Positions 61,094 through 63,981 of a stretch of 63,981 nt of DNA are shown in pieces. The notes beneath the pieces were generated by a model that did no database searches, was not told the origin of the DNA, and worked only from the letters and a program-made list of their open reading frames with translations. The stretch comes from Octopus bimaculoides (Eukaryota), in assembly GCF_001194135.2 (NCBI RefSeq), contig NC_068994.1:50644962-50708942 (forward strand), in the 5' to 3' direction. The translations under genes were made by a program, and so were the position numbers. Within the stretch, counting starts at the first letter, position 1. Every line of letters starts with the position of its first letter.

Positions 61094-62001
61094 NNNNNNN
61101 NNNNNNNNNNNNNNNNNNNNNNNNNNNNNNNNNNNNNNNNNNNNNNNNNNNNNNNNNNNNNNNNNNNNNNNNNNNNNNNNNNNNNNNNNNNNNNNNNNNN
61201 NNNNNNNNNNNNNNNNNNNNNNNNNNNNNNNNNNNNNNNNNNNNNNNNNNNNNNNNNNNNNNNNNNNNNNNNNNNNNNNNNNNNNNNNNNNNNNNNNNNN
61301 NNNNNNNNNNNNNNNNNNNNNNNNNNNNNNNNNNNNNNNNNNNNNNNNNNNNNNNNNNNNNNNNNNNNNNNNNNNNNNNNNNNNNNNNNNNNNNNNNNNN
61401 NNNNNNNNNNNNNNNNNNNNNNNNNNNNNNNNNNNNNNNNNNNNNNNNNNNNNNNNNNNNNNNNNNNNNNNNNNNNNNNNNNNNNNNNNNNNNNNNNNNN
61501 NNNNNNNNNNNNNNNNNNNNNNNNNNNNNNNNNNNNNNNNNNNNNNNNNNNNNNNNNNNNNNNNNNNNNNNNNNNNNNNNNNNNNNNNNNNNNNNNNNNN
61601 NNNNNNNNNNNNNNNNNNNNNNNNNNNNNNNNNNNNNNNNNNNNNNNNNNNNNNNNNNNNNNNNNNNNNNNNNNNNNNNNNNNNNNNNNNNNNNNNNNNN
61701 NNNNNNNNNNNNNNNNNNNNNNNNNNNNNNNNNNNNNNNNNNNNNNNNNNNNNNNNNNNNNNNNNNNNNNNNNNNNNNNNNNNNNNNNNNNNNNNNNNNN
61801 NNNNNNNNNNNNNNNNNNNNNNNNNNNNNNNNNNNNNNNNNNNNNNNNNNNNNNNNNNNNNNNNNNNNNNNNNNNNNNNNNNNNNNNNNNNNNNNNNNNN
61901 NNNNNNNNNNNNNNNNNNNNNNNNNNNNNNNNNNNNNNNNNNNNNNNNNNNNNNNNNNNNNNNNNNNNNNNNNNNNNNNNNNNNNNNNNNNNNNNNNNNN
62001 N

Positions 62002-62033
<32 letters not shown>

Positions 62034-63133
62034 GTGTGTGTGTGTACTCTTGTCTTGATAAGGTTGTAAATGAGCATCACTGTCATACAAGCAATGTTTT
62101 TTCATTTTTAGTCTTTCTTGTGAAGCATGTCTAGCTGTGGGGAAATATGAGCTTGCTTGGAAACAGATGAGGGTTAGTGACAGGAAGGGCAACCAGTCGT
62201 AGAAAACAGAAAATCTGTCTCAACAAATTCTGTCTGACTCGCACGAGCTTGGAAAAGCTGGCGCTCAATAATAATGATGATGATGATGATGCTGACGATA
62301 TAATCTTGTCTTTACATTATCCTATCTGTTTGTCTATTTTTGTCTCTCTGTTTCCTTACTCTTTTCGATTTTCGTCTCTTCCATCCATCTGCCTATTTAT
62401 TTCGTCTTCCTTCCATCTCCCTCTCTCTCTCTCCTTCTCTGAATTCATCCAACCAACCAACCATCAATTAATCATCTGTGCAAGTAAAATTAATCTAATC
62501 TCAGACGTGTATTGTACAAATTTTTCCAAGATGCAAAATCTGACCCTAACAACTTAAAAACAGAGCCAGACCACCTACTCATCACTACACATTCTTACAT
62601 CTCCTCTATTTCCAGAACACTCTTGCACATGATCCAAACTTGTCATTGCACGGCTGCAGTATATGAATCTTACTGTGTATATCACTTGCATTGCATTATC
62701 TGCCTCACAAATAGTCTAATTGATCCTAAACACCACTAAAAGTTCACTGCAGCACAGCCTCAATATTAAGTGCTTAACACCTTTTAACTTACAAACAATT
62801 GTCATTATTGTTTAGCCCTAGGCTGGCTTTAATCTAAGTGACCTATGATCAAAAGCATTTCTCTCTCTCTCTCTCTCTCTCATTATCCAATGAATCCTTC
62901 CTTCTAGCTGCTTGTAATAGCAGATTTTGTTGTTATTGCTTGCAATTTTTGAGCAACAGCATAGAGGCTCCTGATTTTTGGAAAATTCCTTTACCTAGCT
63001 GTGTATTTATTTATTTATTTTTCCTTCTAAATAGTAGTGCTCACTAATTTCTTTGCTTCTGTAAATAGTTATCTGCTTATTCTGCAATTAATTTATATCT
63101 GTTTCTTTTTTACCTGTCCTACACACAAACACA

Positions 63134-63225
<92 letters not shown>

Positions 63226-63541
63226 ATGGAATGTGCCCTATATGGATCTGGAAAGACCACATTTCAAATGAGGATACAGCACACAATAATAGAGCATGCA
63301 TATATTATGTTGATAGTAAGAAGCCCCATGGAAAGCTCCTTCTTTTCATCGGTCTAATGCAGTTGATGTATATGCATGCATGTGTGTATGTCAAAGGGAC
63401 AACTTTATTTGCCCATCCCTTTCCTTTTCGTCATCCCGTTGTCTGACATTTTGTTACTATATGTGAAAGGATCCTGGTGACAATAATAGGAAAAAGATTA
63501 TTATTATTATCATTATTATTATTATTATTATTATTGTTGTT

Positions 63542-63771
63542 AAGGTGGTGAGCTGGCAGAATCATTTGTGTGCTGGACGGAATGCTTGGCACTATTTCAT
63601 CCATCACTACATTCTGAGTTCAAATTCAACCAAGTTCAACTTTGCCTTTCATCTTTTCAGGATCAATAAATTAAATACCAGTGAAACACTGGGGTCAATG
63701 CAACCAACTAATCCCATCCACCATTTCAGGCCTTATGCCTATAGTAGAAAGGATTATTATTATTATTATCA

Positions 63772-63841
<70 letters not shown>

Positions 63842-63981
63842 CATCATTATTATTATTATCATTATTATGGTGGTGGCGAGCTAGCAGAATCATTAGCTTG
63901 CCGGGCGAAATGTTTAGCATTATTTTACCTGTCGTGGCGTTCTGAATTCAAGTTCTGCCAAGGTCATCTTTGCTTTTCAGG
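63542..63981 (+). mobile_element. Two family-A SINEs in tandem, separated by a long (ATT)n tail
   Basis: Copy 1 at 63542-63755, (att)n to about 63868, and copy 2 from ggtggcgagctagcagaatc to the window end. Confidence 0.85.

Noticed and set aside
158-63920. Most ORFs in the supplied track (YIYI, HTHT, CVCV, ERER, poly-H/P/I/N and X-filled ORFs)
   Set aside because: They are translations of microsatellites, SINEs or N gaps and show no protein-family signal.
1-63981. CRISPR arrays, rRNA genes, prokaryotic operons
   Set aside because: No regularly spaced repeat-spacer units or rRNA motifs are present, and the sequence is eukaryotic repeat-rich DNA.

Overview
AT-rich animal genomic DNA from a gapped draft assembly. 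It is almost certainly intronic or intergenic; the repeat families and microsatellite load point to an octopus/coleoid cephalopod (inference). No intact host protein-coding gene is recognisable. The ORF track is dominated by microsatellite, N-gap and repeat artefacts; the few real coding traces are decayed transposon proteins: CR1/Jockey-type RT, three or four RTE fragments, an R4/Dong-like RLE tail, a hAT dimerisation tail, a rearranged Tc1/mariner transposase and a Penelope-like GIY-YIG endonuclease. The window is tiled by several SINE families (my labels A-E, G; A, C, D and E show tRNA-like heads) and by MITEs (TTAA/piggyBac-type, hAT-type, and GGATC-ended with an 8-bp TSD). The most interesting signal is a set of type I hammerhead-ribozyme motifs of the Penelope-like (PLE) kind at five loci. 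One has an intact catalytic core (32336-32424, minus strand), and a fossil PLE ORF lies in the same window. Other notable items: a 38-bp fold-back insertion with an 11-bp TSD; a young symmetric MITE with a telomere-repeat palindrome; closely spaced inverted SINE pairs (possible ADAR substrates); and a few splice-signal candidates that are near chance level. All alignments and folds were done by eye, and repeat boundaries are approximate (about +/-10-20 nt).
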